Source of the DNA: an uncultured Actinomycetes bacterium | GTDB taxonomy: Bacteria > Actinomycetota > UBA4738 > HRBIN12 | NCBI GenBank assembly: GCA_963704725.1 | Contig: OY969934.1 | Location: forward strand, 1,685,138-1,749,137 | Direction of reading: 5' to 3' | Length of the DNA: 64,000 nt | Shown here: piece after piece, positions 30,465-42,574 of the stretch | How positions within the stretch are numbered: the stretch's first letter is position 1 | How the letters are laid out: each line of letters begins with the position of its first letter | The notes under the pieces: model-generated | The model's input: the letters and a program-made list of their open reading frames with translations, nothing else | Database searches by the model: none | Told to the model about the DNA's origin: nothing | Made by a program: the position numbers and the translations under genes

Positions 30465-31238
30465 CTACCGGCGAGCCGTCCAGAAGACGTCGGTGCGGTA
30501 CGGCATCACGATGGAGGCCGCGCCCGACAGGTCGGGATCCTTGTCGAGGAGCTCGTTCACCTCGACCACCACGCGCTCTCGCTCGTCCTCGGGGGCGCTC
30601 GCCACGTAGCTGACCGAGAGCACGCGATCCAGGAACGTGTCCCGGTCGACCTCGTGCACGTGATACGCCACCTGATGGTGCAGAGGGCCGAAGAGCTCGG
30701 TGCGTTCGAAGGCCGCGCGCCAGCGCAGGTCGCGGTATCGGGGACCGTCCCCTGCGAGCCGGTCGAAGATGGCGGTGATCCGCTCGGACCAGTCGGTGGC
30801 CTCGTCCCGGACGTTCCAGATGAGCCCCAGCCGGCCGCCGGGCCGCAACACGCGGTGAGCCTCGGCCAGGGCGCGATCGCCGTCGAACCAGTGGAACGCC
30901 TGAGCGGCGACCACCGCGTCCGCCGTGGCGTCGGGGACCGGCACGTCCTCGGCCGTGCCGTCCAGGATGGTGACGGCGGGGCAGTTCCCGGCCAGCGCCT
31001 CGCGCATGGCGGCGACCGGCTCGACCGCGGTGATCCGAGCCCCCGACGGCTCGAGGAGCCGTGTGAACTTGCCCGTCCCGGCGCCGAGCTCGAGGACGTC
31101 GCGCCCCGGTGCCAGGCCCAGCTCCCGGACGAGGTATTCCACGGCGTCGTCCGGATAGCTCGGCCGGGCCCGCTCGTACGGCTCGACGGCGGCCTCGAAC
31201 CCCCGCGCAGCGGCCTCGTGGATGCGATCCGGCGTCAC
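30465..31238 (-). CDS. class I SAM-dependent methyltransferase
   Basis: C-terminal 257 aa of track ORF 30465..31949; motif LELGAGTG; GTG start at 31238 overlaps the upstream aminotransferase stop (GTGA). The rest of the track ORF is Arg/Gly shadow. Confidence 0.8.
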   Translation of the reverse strand: MTPDRIHEAAARGFEAAVEPYERARPSYPDDAVEYLVRELGLAPGRDVLELGAGTGKFTRLLEPSGARITAVEPVAAMREALAGNCPAVTILDGTAEDVPVPDATADAVVAAQAFHWFDGDRALAEAHRVLRPGGRLGLIWNVRDEATDWSERITAIFDRLAGDGPRYRDLRWRAAFERTELFGPLHHQVAYHVHEVDRDTFLDRVLSVSYVASAPEDERERVVVEVNELLDKDPDLSGAASIVMPYRTDVFWTARR

Positions 31239-32602
31239 GTCGCGACCTCGATCACGAGCTCCTCCAGCACCCCCAGGTAGCGATCGACGTCGTCCCCCGT
31301 CGCGGCGACCGAGACCGCGGGACCCGCCCACTCCATGGCCTCCCACACGCCGCGGTTGGCCATCCACAGGCGGAGCAGGCGCCACAGCTCGGGGTCGTGG
31401 CCCTGCCGGGCCTCGGCGCCGCTCCGGGCCGGGACGCCGCCGAAGGCGTAGCCGCTCCTGGCGAAGAGCCGATGCGCGCGCCAAGGCAGCCCCGCCGTCG
31501 CCGCCACCGCCTCGATCCCGTCGGCCATCCGAGCGCCCAGGTGCCCGGTGCGCTCGTAGGCGTCCTCGGTGAGGACCTCGGTCAATGCAGCGCGCGCGGC
31601 GGCCATCTGCAGGGGGTTCCCGAACAACGTGCCTCCCGTCGCCACCTCGTCCTCCACCGCGCCGGCCCCGCCGTGCTCCGCCACGTCCTCGAGCAGCGCC
31701 CCCAACGCCTCGGTCGTCCCGTACGCGCCGATGGCGACGCCCCCGCCGATCGACTTGCCGAGCGTCACCACGTCGGGCTCGAGTCCCCACCGGCCGACCA
31801 GGCCCGCCGGTCCGCAGATGAGCGTGTGGGTCTCGTCCACGATGAGGACGGCGCCGGCCTCGCGCGTCAGGCGCCGGACCTCGGCGTGGAAGCCCTCGTC
31901 CGGCTGCACGACGCCGGCGTTCGTGAGCGCCGGCTCGGTGAGGACGCACGCGACGTCGCCCGGCTCGAGGGCGCGGGCCAGGGCCGGCGGGTCGTTGAAC
32001 GGCACGATCCGCACGTGACGCTCGACCCCGGGCGACAGACCGCGGTTCTCGGGGACCTCGCGGCCGTCCAGCGTGGTGACGAGCAGCTCCTCACCGTGGC
32101 CGTGGTACCTCCCGTCGAACATCAGCAACGTCGGCCGTCCCGTCGCGGCGCGGGCCAGCCGGATCGCCTCGACGTTCGCGATCGTCGCCGACAGGGTGAA
32201 CTGCCACCGGGGGAGCCTCCACCGCCGCGCGAGCTCCTCGGCGACGACGATGGCATCCTCCGTCGGCATGAGGAACTGCGTGCCGGTCCGAACGCGCTCG
32301 CTCACAGCTCTCACCACGGGCTCGGGCGCGTAGCCGCAGAACATCGACGTGTCCGCGATGTTGGTGTCGAGGTACCGGTGGCCGTCGACGTCGAACAGGT
32401 AGGCACCCTCGCCCCGATCCATGTAGACGGGTGGGTGCCCGTGCAGCGAGGCCATCCACCCCATCGGGACGCCGAGAGGCATGCAGGCGCGGGCCCGCTC
32501 CAGCAGCGTCGCCGATCGGGGGCGGTCGGCGAGGAACCGGGTGAGCTCGCGCTCCGTCAGCTCGCCGACGCGGCGGCGATCGACGGTCTCGGCGACGGCC
32601 AC
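31235..32602 (-). CDS. class III aminotransferase (glutamate-1-semialdehyde aminomutase-like)
   Basis: Part of track ORF 31235..33106; PLP-lysine context LGKSIGGG; start taken at GTG 32602 preceded by AGGAGG (ATG 32482 is the alternative). Overlaps the lipB 3' end. Confidence 0.85.
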   Translation of the reverse strand: MAVAETVDRRRVGELTERELTRFLADRPRSATLLERARACMPLGVPMGWMASLHGHPPVYMDRGEGAYLFDVDGHRYLDTNIADTSMFCGYAPEPVVRAVSERVRTGTQFLMPTEDAIVVAEELARRWRLPRWQFTLSATIANVEAIRLARAATGRPTLLMFDGRYHGHGEELLVTTLDGREVPENRGLSPGVERHVRIVPFNDPPALARALEPGDVACVLTEPALTNAGVVQPDEGFHAEVRRLTREAGAVLIVDETHTLICGPAGLVGRWGLEPDVVTLGKSIGGGVAIGAYGTTEALGALLEDVAEHGGAGAVEDEVATGGTLFGNPLQMAAARAALTEVLTEDAYERTGHLGARMADGIEAVAATAGLPWRAHRLFARSGYAFGGVPARSGAEARQGHDPELWRLLRLWMANRGVWEAMEWAGPAVSVAATGDDVDRYLGVLEELVIEVAT

Positions 32603-33261
32603 GTGGCCTCCTGGGTCTCGAGGCGGAGGTCGAAGACCTCCTCGAACCTCCGGGCGACGATCGGCGCCATCTCGTCGACCGACACGACCCGCCCGGCGAG
32701 CTGCGAGAGGGAGGTCACCCCCTCGTTCGCGAGCCCGCACGGGACGATGGCGTCGTACCACGAGAGATCGGTGGTGCAGTTCAGGGCGAAGCCGTGGAGC
32801 GACACGCGCATCCGCATGAGGCGCACCCCGATCGCACAGATCTTTCGCGCTCCCGACCACACACCGGTCTGGACGTCGCTGCGGTGCAACGGGACACCCA
32901 CGTCCGCCGCCGCACGGATCACGACCTCTTCGAGGCCCCGCACGAAGCGGAGGGCGTCGGGCCGCGACCCCAGGTCGAGCACCGGGTATCCGACGAGCTG
33001 TCCCGGCCCGTGGAACGTGAGCGAGCCGCCCCGGTCGATGAAGCGGAGCGCGGCGCCCGCCGCGCGGATCCGATCCTCGGTCCACACGATGTGGTCTGGC
33101 TTCCACCGGCGGCCGGCCGTGTAGACGGGCGGATGCTCCAGCAGGATGAGCGAGTCCTCGCCGGCGCCCTCCAGACGAGCCTCGGCCAGCTCGTGCATCG
33201 CGGCGTTCGCCTCGTCGTAGTCGACGAGGCCCGCCGGGCGGATCAGGCGGCCGGCGCGCAT
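32557..33261 (-). CDS. lipB: octanoyltransferase (lipoyl(octanoyl) transferase)
   Basis: 234 aa; LILLEHPPVYTAGRR and RGGSLTFHGPGQLVGYP are LipB hallmarks. Confidence 0.9.
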   Translation of the reverse strand: MRAGRLIRPAGLVDYDEANAAMHELAEARLEGAGEDSLILLEHPPVYTAGRRWKPDHIVWTEDRIRAAGAALRFIDRGGSLTFHGPGQLVGYPVLDLGSRPDALRFVRGLEEVVIRAAADVGVPLHRSDVQTGVWSGARKICAIGVRLMRMRVSLHGFALNCTTDLSWYDAIVPCGLANEGVTSLSQLAGRVVSVDEMAPIVARRFEEVFDLRLETQEATWPSPRPSIAAASAS

Positions 33262-33265
33262 CGGC

Positions 33266-34630
33266 TCAGAGCCCGAGGTCCTCGGCGAAGTCCCAGGTCT
33301 CGAGGTTCTGCTTGATCCTCGCCAGGAACTGCGACGCCAGCGCGCCGTCGATCACCCGGTGGTCCCACGACATCGACAGGTAGACCATGTGGCGGATGGC
33401 GATCGCGTCGTCGATCACCACCGGTCGCTTCTCGACCGTGTCGAACCCGAGGATGCCGGTCTGGGGCTGGTTGATGATCGGGACGGAGATCATCGACCCG
33501 AAGGGGCCGGGGTTCGTGATCGTGAAGGTCCCGCCGTGCACCTCGTCGGGCTTGAGCTGCTTGGCCCTGGCCCGCGTGGCCAGGTCGTTGATCCCCCGTG
33601 CCAGGCCGACGAGGTTCATCGTGTCGGCGTTCTTCAGCACCGGCACGATGAGGCCCTCGTCGTAGGACACGGCGATGCCCATGTTGACGAAGTGCCGCAG
33701 GACGATCTCGTCGCCCCGCAGCTCGCCGTTCACCATGGGGTACGCGAGCAGGGCCTCGGTGACGGCGCGCGTGACGAACGGCATGTACGTGAGGTTGAAC
33801 CCCTCGCGCGCCCGGAAGGCCTCCTTGGTGCGCTCGCGGAGGCGGGCGACGTTCTCGAGGTTCACCTCCACGGCGTTCCACGCGCGGGCCGAGACCTCGA
33901 GGCTCGCCTTCATGTGCTCGGCGATCGCTTTGCGGATATGGGTGACCGGGACGACCTCCTCCCCGCCGGCGACCGCGGCCGGCGCAGGCACCGGCGCGGC
34001 CTGGAGGGCGGACGGAGCGGGCGGCGGTGGCGGTGTCGCCGCGACCCGAGCGGCCGCCGTGGCGCCCCCTCCCGCGACGAACGCCACCACGTCGTTCTTC
34101 GTGATGCGTCCCCCCGTCCCGGTCCCGGTGACCTGGGAGAGATCGACCCCGTGCTCGCCGGCGAGCTTGCGCACCAGCGGCGACAGGATCTGCGACCGAG
34201 GCCCCCGATCGGCGAGCGGAGCTGTCGGCGCCGTCGCAGGAACCGAGGCCGCCATCTGAGACGGAACTGCCGCCGCCGGGGCCGTGGCGGAGGGGGCCTC
34301 GTCGCCCCCCGCGCCCACCGACGCCGCCGGAGCGCCCACCGGCGCCTCCGCAGCGAGCCGCGACGGAGCCCCCGGAGCCGCGGGCCCGGCGGCGGCCCCC
34401 GAGTCCGCGATCTCGGCCAGATCCGTCCCCACCGCGACGGTCGCCCCTTCAGCAACGAGGATCTTCACGAGCGTCCCGGCCGCCGGCGAAGGCACCTCCG
34501 TGTCGACCTTGTCGGTGGAGATCTCGAACAGGGGCTCGTCCTGTGCCACCTGCTCGCCCTCCTGCTTCAGCCACTTCAGGATGGTGCCCTCGACGACGGT
34601 CTCGCCGAGTTGGGGCATCTTGACCTGCAT
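33266..34630 (-). CDS. 2-oxoacid dehydrogenase E2 component (dihydrolipoyllysine-residue acyltransferase)
   Basis: C-terminal 454 aa of track ORF 33266..35599, starting MQVKMPQLGET; lipoyl-lysine site EISTDKV; E3-binding domain; catalytic DHRVIDGA. RBS GAGGAGG upstream. Confidence 0.9.
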   Translation of the reverse strand: MQVKMPQLGETVVEGTILKWLKQEGEQVAQDEPLFEISTDKVDTEVPSPAAGTLVKILVAEGATVAVGTDLAEIADSGAAAGPAAPGAPSRLAAEAPVGAPAASVGAGGDEAPSATAPAAAVPSQMAASVPATAPTAPLADRGPRSQILSPLVRKLAGEHGVDLSQVTGTGTGGRITKNDVVAFVAGGGATAAARVAATPPPPPAPSALQAAPVPAPAAVAGGEEVVPVTHIRKAIAEHMKASLEVSARAWNAVEVNLENVARLRERTKEAFRAREGFNLTYMPFVTRAVTEALLAYPMVNGELRGDEIVLRHFVNMGIAVSYDEGLIVPVLKNADTMNLVGLARGINDLATRARAKQLKPDEVHGGTFTITNPGPFGSMISVPIINQPQTGILGFDTVEKRPVVIDDAIAIRHMVYLSMSWDHRVIDGALASQFLARIKQNLETWDFAEDLGL

Positions 34631-34662
34631 CGGACCTCCTCGGTGGGGCTGGGCCCCTTCCC

Positions 34663-35708
<1,046 letters not shown>

Positions 35709-35709
<1 letters not shown>

Positions 35710-36779
35710 CAGGCCTGCGTGCCGCCGCCGCGGCCGGGCTCGCTCGTCCAGTAGCCGTCCTCGACCCACAGGCCCTTGGTCACGTCGCCGGGCTCGGGGA
35801 AGGGCGAGTTCAGCGCGTACTGGTACCCGTCGTCGAACTCCTGCTTGATCCGCTCGTCGATCTCGTTCACGAACGCGTCGTCGACCACGTCGTGGGATCG
35901 CAGCAGCTCCTCGAAGCGCCGCACCGGGTCCTTGTTCTGCATGTAGTCCTCGAGGAGCTCCTTGGGCACGTACTTCGCCGGGTCGTGGCCGGCGTGGCCC
36001 CGCCACCGGAGCGAGACGCTCTCGATCAGGGTCGGGCCGCCGCCCCCCCGCGCGCGCTCGATGGCCTCGCGCGCCGCCGCGTAGACCTCCAGCAGGTTCG
36101 CCCCGTCGACGCGGACCCCGGGCATCCCGTACGCGACCGCCCGCTCGGCGATCGTGGGGATCGCGAACTCGAGCCGGTTCGGCGTCGAGTACGCGTACTG
36201 GTTGTTGTTGACCACCCACACCACGGGGAGGTGGAACACCGCGGACGTGTTGAGCGCCTCGTGCCACCGGCCGTTGGACGTCGACCCGTCGCCGCAGATC
36301 GCGAGCGCCACGCGGGGTTCGCCTCGGCGCTGGTAGGCGAGCGCGGCGCCGCACGCCACCGGGTACGCGATCGGCAGATGCGACATCACGGTCCACGTCC
36401 GGTTCCCGAACCAGTCCCCGATGTGGCTGTTCCCGTCGCGTCCGCGTGTGTACCCGTCGATCCGTCCCCAGAACTGGGCCATGACCCGGCGGAGCTCGAG
36501 GCCCTTCGCCAGCTGGGCGGACAGGTCCCGGTGCGTCGGGAACAGCGAGTCGTCGTCGCGCAGCGGAGCCGCCACGCCGACGTGCGTGCCCTCCTGGCCG
36601 CGGCCCGAGTAGATCGCGCCCGGAAGGCGGCCCTGCCGATACAGCGCCTCCATGCGCTCGTCGAAGTACCGGCACAGCTTGATCGTGTGCAGGAGGTCCT
36701 TGAGGCGATCGTCGGACAGCCCGGCGCGCCAGTCCTCCGCCGAGAGCTGCTTCTCGGTCACGCTCGTGGCCACGCTCAC
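35709..36779 (-). CDS. 2-oxoacid dehydrogenase E1 component, alpha subunit
   Basis: C-terminal ~356 aa of track ORF 35709..37673; GTG start at 36779 (or 36773) next to GGAGG and overlapping the lpd stop; TPP motif GDGSTSNG...NNQYAYS. Confidence 0.85.
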
Positions 36780-38167
36780 CCTCCGTGCAGCGGCTTGCCG
36801 GCGAGCCCGAGGAAGGCCTCGCCGACACCCTCGGACAGCGACGGATGCGGGTGCATGAGGGCGGCGACCTCGGCGGGGACCGCCTCCCAGTTGACGATGA
36901 GCATCGTCTCGGCGACGAGGTCCGTGACGTGCGGCCCCACCATGTGCACGCCGAGCACGGGCCCGCCGCCCCGCTCCGCGACGATCTTCACGATGCCGCC
37001 CTCGCCGACGATGTTGGCCTTGCCGACGCCCTGGAAGTTGAACTTCTCCGTCTCGACGTCGTGGCCGCGCTCGGTCGCCTGCGCCTCCGTGAGCCCCACG
37101 GACGCGATCTCCGGCGTGCTGTAGGTGACCCTCGGGATGCCCGTGTACTCGATCTCCGGGACGTCCATGCCGGCGATGCGCTCGGCCACGGCGTAACCCT
37201 CGGTGAACGAGACGTGCGCGAGCTGCAGGGGGGTGGCGGCGACGTCCCCCACCGCCCACACGTGCGGCGACGACGTCCGCAGCTGCGGATCCACGCGGAC
37301 GAAGCCGCGATCGAGCTCGACGCCTGCGGCCTCGAGGTCGAGACCGTCGGTGACCGGTCCCCGGCCCACGGCGACCAGGCAGACGTCCGCGGCGACGGAC
37401 TGCGACGTCCCCCCCGCCTCGAACGCAACGTCCACGCGGTCCTCGGCCTCCTTCACCTCGGTGACCGAGGCCCCCGCGTGCGCCGAGATGCCGCGCTTGC
37501 GGAACGCCCTCGCCACCTCCTTCGAGACGTCCTCGTCCTCGAGCGGGGCGATCCTGGGCAGCGCCTCGACGAGGGTGACCTCGGCGCCCATCGAGCGATA
37601 GAAGCTGGCGAACTCGAGCCCGATCGCGCCGGCGCCGATGATGACGGCCGACGACGGGATCGACGGGTACCACAGCGCCTCGTCGCTCGTGATCACGCGC
37701 TCGGTGCGCTCCAGGCCGGGCAGGAGCTTGGGGCGGGATCCCGACGCGATCACCACGTCGGTGGCGGCGATCGTGCGTCCGTCGACCTGCACCACCGGGC
37801 CGGGGCGGACCGCGGCCGTGCCCGTGATCACGTCGATCTTGCGCGCCTTCACCAGCCCGGTGACGCCCGAGACGAGCTTGTCGACGATGCGGTTCTCGAA
37901 CGCCTGGATCTGCGACCAGTCGGGCTCGCCGCTCGCCTTGATGCCCCAGTCCTCGGAGCGGTTCACGGCATCCATCACGGCCGCCGACTGGAGCAACGCC
38001 TTCGTCGGGATGCAGCCGCGGAGGAGGCAGGTCCCGCCGAGCCGATCGTCCCGCTCGACGATGGCGACGCGCTTGCCGAGTTGCGCAAGCCGCAGGGCAC
38101 AGGAGTAGCCTCCCGTCCCCGCGCCGATGACGACTACGTCGTAAGCGTCGGGCATCCGAGCGTCCAT
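36776..38167 (-). CDS. lpd: dihydrolipoyl dehydrogenase (E3)
   Basis: C-terminal 463 aa of track ORF 36776..39325, starting MDARMPDAYDVVVIGAGTGG (FAD-binding GxGxxG); redox disulfide GTCLLRGCIPTK. Confidence 0.9.
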   Translation of the reverse strand: MDARMPDAYDVVVIGAGTGGYSCALRLAQLGKRVAIVERDDRLGGTCLLRGCIPTKALLQSAAVMDAVNRSEDWGIKASGEPDWSQIQAFENRIVDKLVSGVTGLVKARKIDVITGTAAVRPGPVVQVDGRTIAATDVVIASGSRPKLLPGLERTERVITSDEALWYPSIPSSAVIIGAGAIGLEFASFYRSMGAEVTLVEALPRIAPLEDEDVSKEVARAFRKRGISAHAGASVTEVKEAEDRVDVAFEAGGTSQSVAADVCLVAVGRGPVTDGLDLEAAGVELDRGFVRVDPQLRTSSPHVWAVGDVAATPLQLAHVSFTEGYAVAERIAGMDVPEIEYTGIPRVTYSTPEIASVGLTEAQATERGHDVETEKFNFQGVGKANIVGEGGIVKIVAERGGGPVLGVHMVGPHVTDLVAETMLIVNWEAVPAEVAALMHPHPSLSEGVGEAFLGLAGKPLHGG

Positions 38168-38259
38168 GCTACCGCGGTTCCCACTTCCACCCGCTCGAAC
38201 GCACGGTAGCGAGCTCGTGACGGGATCGGGTCGGAGCCGACGGCTCCGCCCGGCGTCGC

Positions 38260-39006
38260 TCAGACCGGCCCGAGCACCTCGAAGGTGGCCGGTGCGGCCG
38301 CGGCGGCGAGGTCGGCGACCGTCGCGCCGCCGAAGCGGGTGCGATCCAGGATGCGCTCGAGCACGTGCGGAGCCTTCGGCGAGTCGGGCATCGCGGCGAC
38401 GACGAGGTACAGGCCGGACGACGGGATCCCGACCTCGCGGACGGGGCCGTAGCCCGGAGCGGCGACGAAGTAGGCCCACCGCGTTGGCTGCCCGCCGACC
38501 TTGCAGGTCCCTTCGCCTCGCGCCACGTAGTCGCCGGGTGAGGCGGGAGCGCCCGATGCGAACTCGGGCCGGTGATCGACGATCACCTGGTTCGTGACGT
38601 CGCTGCACCGCCACGACGGCGTGACCATGTCGAAGGCCGGCCCCCGCGCGGCCAGGTAGTAGTAGTCGGAGGGCACCCCCACCCGGGTGCCGTCGATCCA
38701 CATGGCGGCGTAGCCCTCGGTCGGCGGGCGGTCGGTGGTCCAGACGTTGAGCCTTGGGCCGGCGACCAGGCCCTGCCGGGGATCGTCGACGGGACCGGCG
38801 GGCCGGGGGCTCCAGGCGTCCGGGAGGACCGCCGTCACGGCCCCGGACGTCACCTCGCGGTACGGGCTGGGTGACTCGGTGATCGTGAGTGGGGAGGGCG
38901 CGGCGGGAGGTGAGGTCACTGCGGCGCCGCGGCAACCCACGGCGACCAGCGCGACCACGCAGCAGCTCAGGAGCCTTCGCACTCGGTCGATACCCGTCGG
39001 CAGCAT
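38260..39006 (-). CDS. hypothetical secreted lipoprotein
   Basis: C-terminal 248 aa of track ORF 38260..40281, starting MLPTGIDRVRRLLSCCVVALVAVGC (lipobox); no recognisable catalytic motif. Confidence 0.55.
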   Translation of the reverse strand: MLPTGIDRVRRLLSCCVVALVAVGCRGAAVTSPPAAPSPLTITESPSPYREVTSGAVTAVLPDAWSPRPAGPVDDPRQGLVAGPRLNVWTTDRPPTEGYAAMWIDGTRVGVPSDYYYLAARGPAFDMVTPSWRCSDVTNQVIVDHRPEFASGAPASPGDYVARGEGTCKVGGQPTRWAYFVAAPGYGPVREVGIPSSGLYLVVAAMPDSPKAPHVLERILDRTRFGGATVADLAAAAAPATFEVLGPV

Positions 39007-39139
39007 AGCCCGGCACCCGGTGCCCGCGCCACTCCGTAGGCCGGTTCCCCGACGGCCGGCGTCGGACGTTCGGAGTACGATCCGGCGCAACTGAAGAGCA
39101 CGTGCCCTCCAGGTGCGCCGGACCACGTCCGGCCGGAGG

Positions 39140-39310
39140 CGGGGCCGGGCCGATCCCGACCCCGCGAAGAGGGAAGCCGGTGAGAATCCGGCGCGGTCGC
39201 GCCACTGTGACCGGGGAGCGAACCCGACGGAACCACTGGGCCCACGGGCCCGGGAAGGGTCGGGGGAGCGCAGATCCGGGAGCCAGGAGACCTGCCTCGA
39301 GGGCCCCACG
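39140..39310 (+). promoter_or_regulatory. cobalamin (B12) riboswitch
   Basis: GGGAAGCCGGTGAGAATCCGGCGCGGTCGCGCCACTGTGA core and the B12 box AGCCAGGAGACCTGCC (about 39281-39296); immediately upstream of an AAAGGAG RBS and the GTG start of a BtuF-like gene. Boundaries approximate. Confidence 0.8.
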
Positions 39311-39339
39311 GGTCGTCCTTCGCACGAAAGGAGACGCGC

Positions 39340-40299
39340 GTGAGACCCGCTCGCACCCGCACCGGATCGGTGCTGCTCCTCGCCTTGCTCCTCACCGCCT
39401 GTGCGGACTCGTCGCCGGAGCCGGCGCGGTCGCCGGCGGCGGGGGGAGCTCCGAGCCCGTCGGCCGCCGCCTTCCCCTTCACCCTCGTCGACGACGACGG
39501 CGTGTCCGTCACTATCGAGGCCCCGCCGCAGCGCATCGTGACCTTCGCGCCGTCGGCCACCGAGATCGTGTACGCGCTCGGGTTGGGCGAACGGCTCGTC
39601 GGCGTGTCGGGCCCGTTCGACGACTACCCGGCGGAGGCGGCGAACGTCCAGGAGATCGGAGGCGCCGGCGACTTCGGCGTCGACCCCAACATCGAGCAGG
39701 TGGTGGCGCTCGAGCCGGACCTGTTCCTCACGATCAAGGGAGGCGATCAGTGGAAGGCTCGGCTGCGCGAGCTGGGCGTGCCCGTGGTCACCCTGGACGC
39801 CACCGATCTCGACGACCTGATGGCCGACCTCGAGGTGGCCGGGCGCCTCACGGGAGCCACCGAGGGCGCGGCCTCGCTCGTCCGGGACCTCCAGGCGGAG
39901 GTCTCCGAGGTAGAGAACGCCGTGAGCCAGGTCGAGCCGGTGACGTGCTTCTACGAGACGTTCTACCCGCCCCTGTACACGGTGGGGCCCGGCACGTTCA
40001 TCTACGACCTGCTCGAGCGCGCCGGGTGCGACCCCGTCACGTCCTCCTCGAACCAGCAGTACCCGCAGTGGTCGGTGGAGGAGCTGGTCCGGGAGAGCCC
40101 GGACGTGTACCTGGTCTCGTCGGAGTCCGGGGCGAGCCCGAGGCAGGTGGCCCGGCGGGCCGGCTTCGACGCCGTCTCGGCCGTGGCGCAGGGTCGCATC
40201 GTCCCGATCGAGTCCGACCTCGCCGAACGGCCCGGGCCGAGGATCGTGCAGGGCCTTCGGCTGATCGCCGAGGCCCTGCATCCGGAGGCGTTCGCGTAG
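39340..40299 (+). CDS. ABC transporter substrate-binding lipoprotein (BtuF/FecB-like)
   Basis: 319 aa; lipoprotein signal LLLALLLTAC; periplasmic binding-protein-like sequence; first gene after the riboswitch. Confidence 0.85.
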   Translation: MRPARTRTGSVLLLALLLTACADSSPEPARSPAAGGAPSPSAAAFPFTLVDDDGVSVTIEAPPQRIVTFAPSATEIVYALGLGERLVGVSGPFDDYPAEAANVQEIGGAGDFGVDPNIEQVVALEPDLFLTIKGGDQWKARLRELGVPVVTLDATDLDDLMADLEVAGRLTGATEGAASLVRDLQAEVSEVENAVSQVEPVTCFYETFYPPLYTVGPGTFIYDLLERAGCDPVTSSSNQQYPQWSVEELVRESPDVYLVSSESGASPRQVARRAGFDAVSAVAQGRIVPIESDLAERPGPRIVQGLRLIAEALHPEAFA

Positions 40300-40301
40300 C
40301 C

Positions 40302-41325
40302 GTGCGAGCCGCGGTCAGGTACCGGCGGGCGCTCGTGCTCCTTGCGACCGGGCTCGTGTGTGCGCTCGTGCTCGGCGTGGCGGTGGGGTCGGTGTGGGTG
40401 TCGCCCGTCGACGTCGCGCGCCTCATGACGTGGAAGCTCCACGTGTCCGGCCGGCCCGACGTGGCGCGATCCGCGGAGGTCATCGTCCTGCAGCTGCGGC
40501 TCCCGCGCGTGCTGCTGGCCGCGATCGTCGGCGCGGCCCTGGCGGCGTCGGGCGCGGTGTTCCAGGGGCTGTTCCGCAACGCCCTGGCGGACCCGGCCAT
40601 CATCGGCGTGTCCTCCGGGGCTGCCCTGGGAGCCATCCTCGTGATCGTCACGGTCGGCGCGGGCTCTCTCGGGGCGTACGCCGTCCCGATGGCGGCCTTC
40701 CTCGGCGCCTTGGGGACGGCGCTCGTCGTGTATCGCCTGGCCAGGATCGGGCCTGCCGTTCACGTGGCGACCCTCCTGCTGGCCGGGATCGCCGTCGCGG
40801 CCGTGATCTCGAGCCTGATGTCGCTCGTGATGTCGTACTCGGGCGAGGAGGTCCGGAGCATCTACGCCTGGCTGCTCGGCGGGCTCGTGGCGGAGGGGTG
40901 GCGTTCGATCGCGATCGTGCTGCCCGTCGTCGCCGTGGGGGTCGTCGGGGCCGTGTCCGTCGCCCACGAGCTCAACCTCGTCGCGCTCGGCGAGGAACGG
41001 GCCGCCCAGCTCGGCGTGGAGATCGACCGGTTCAAGCGGCGGGCCATCGCGGTGGGAGCCCTGCTCGCCGCGGCCGCCGTCTCGGTGGCCGGCGTGATCG
41101 GCTTCGTCGGGTTGATGACCCCGCACCTGTTGCGGTTCGTCGTCGGGGCCGATCACCGCAGGCTGGTGCCGGCCTCGGTCCTTGCAGGGGCGACCCTGCT
41201 GATCCTGGCCGACCTGGTGGCGCGGACCGTCGTCGCGCCGTCGGAGCTCCCGATCGGCGTGGTCACGGCGCTGCTCGGCGGCCCGTTCTTCCTGTTTCTG
41301 CTGCGCCGCGAGGGACGGAACGCCG

Positions 41326-41339
<14 letters not shown>
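40302..41339 (+). CDS. FecCD-family ABC transporter permease (BtuC-like)
   Basis: In-frame C-terminal 345 aa of track ORF 39102..41339 from GTG 40302 (VRAAVRYRRALVLLATGL); multiple TM helices, ends LLGGPFFLFLLRR. Confidence 0.9.

Positions 41340-42549
<1,210 letters not shown>

Positions 42550-42574
<25 letters not shown>

Noticed and set aside
39102-40301. N-terminal part of the 745-aa track ORF 39102..41339
   Set aside because: Begins inside the cobalamin riboswitch and runs out of frame across the substrate-binding gene; only the portion from GTG 40302 is a coherent permease.
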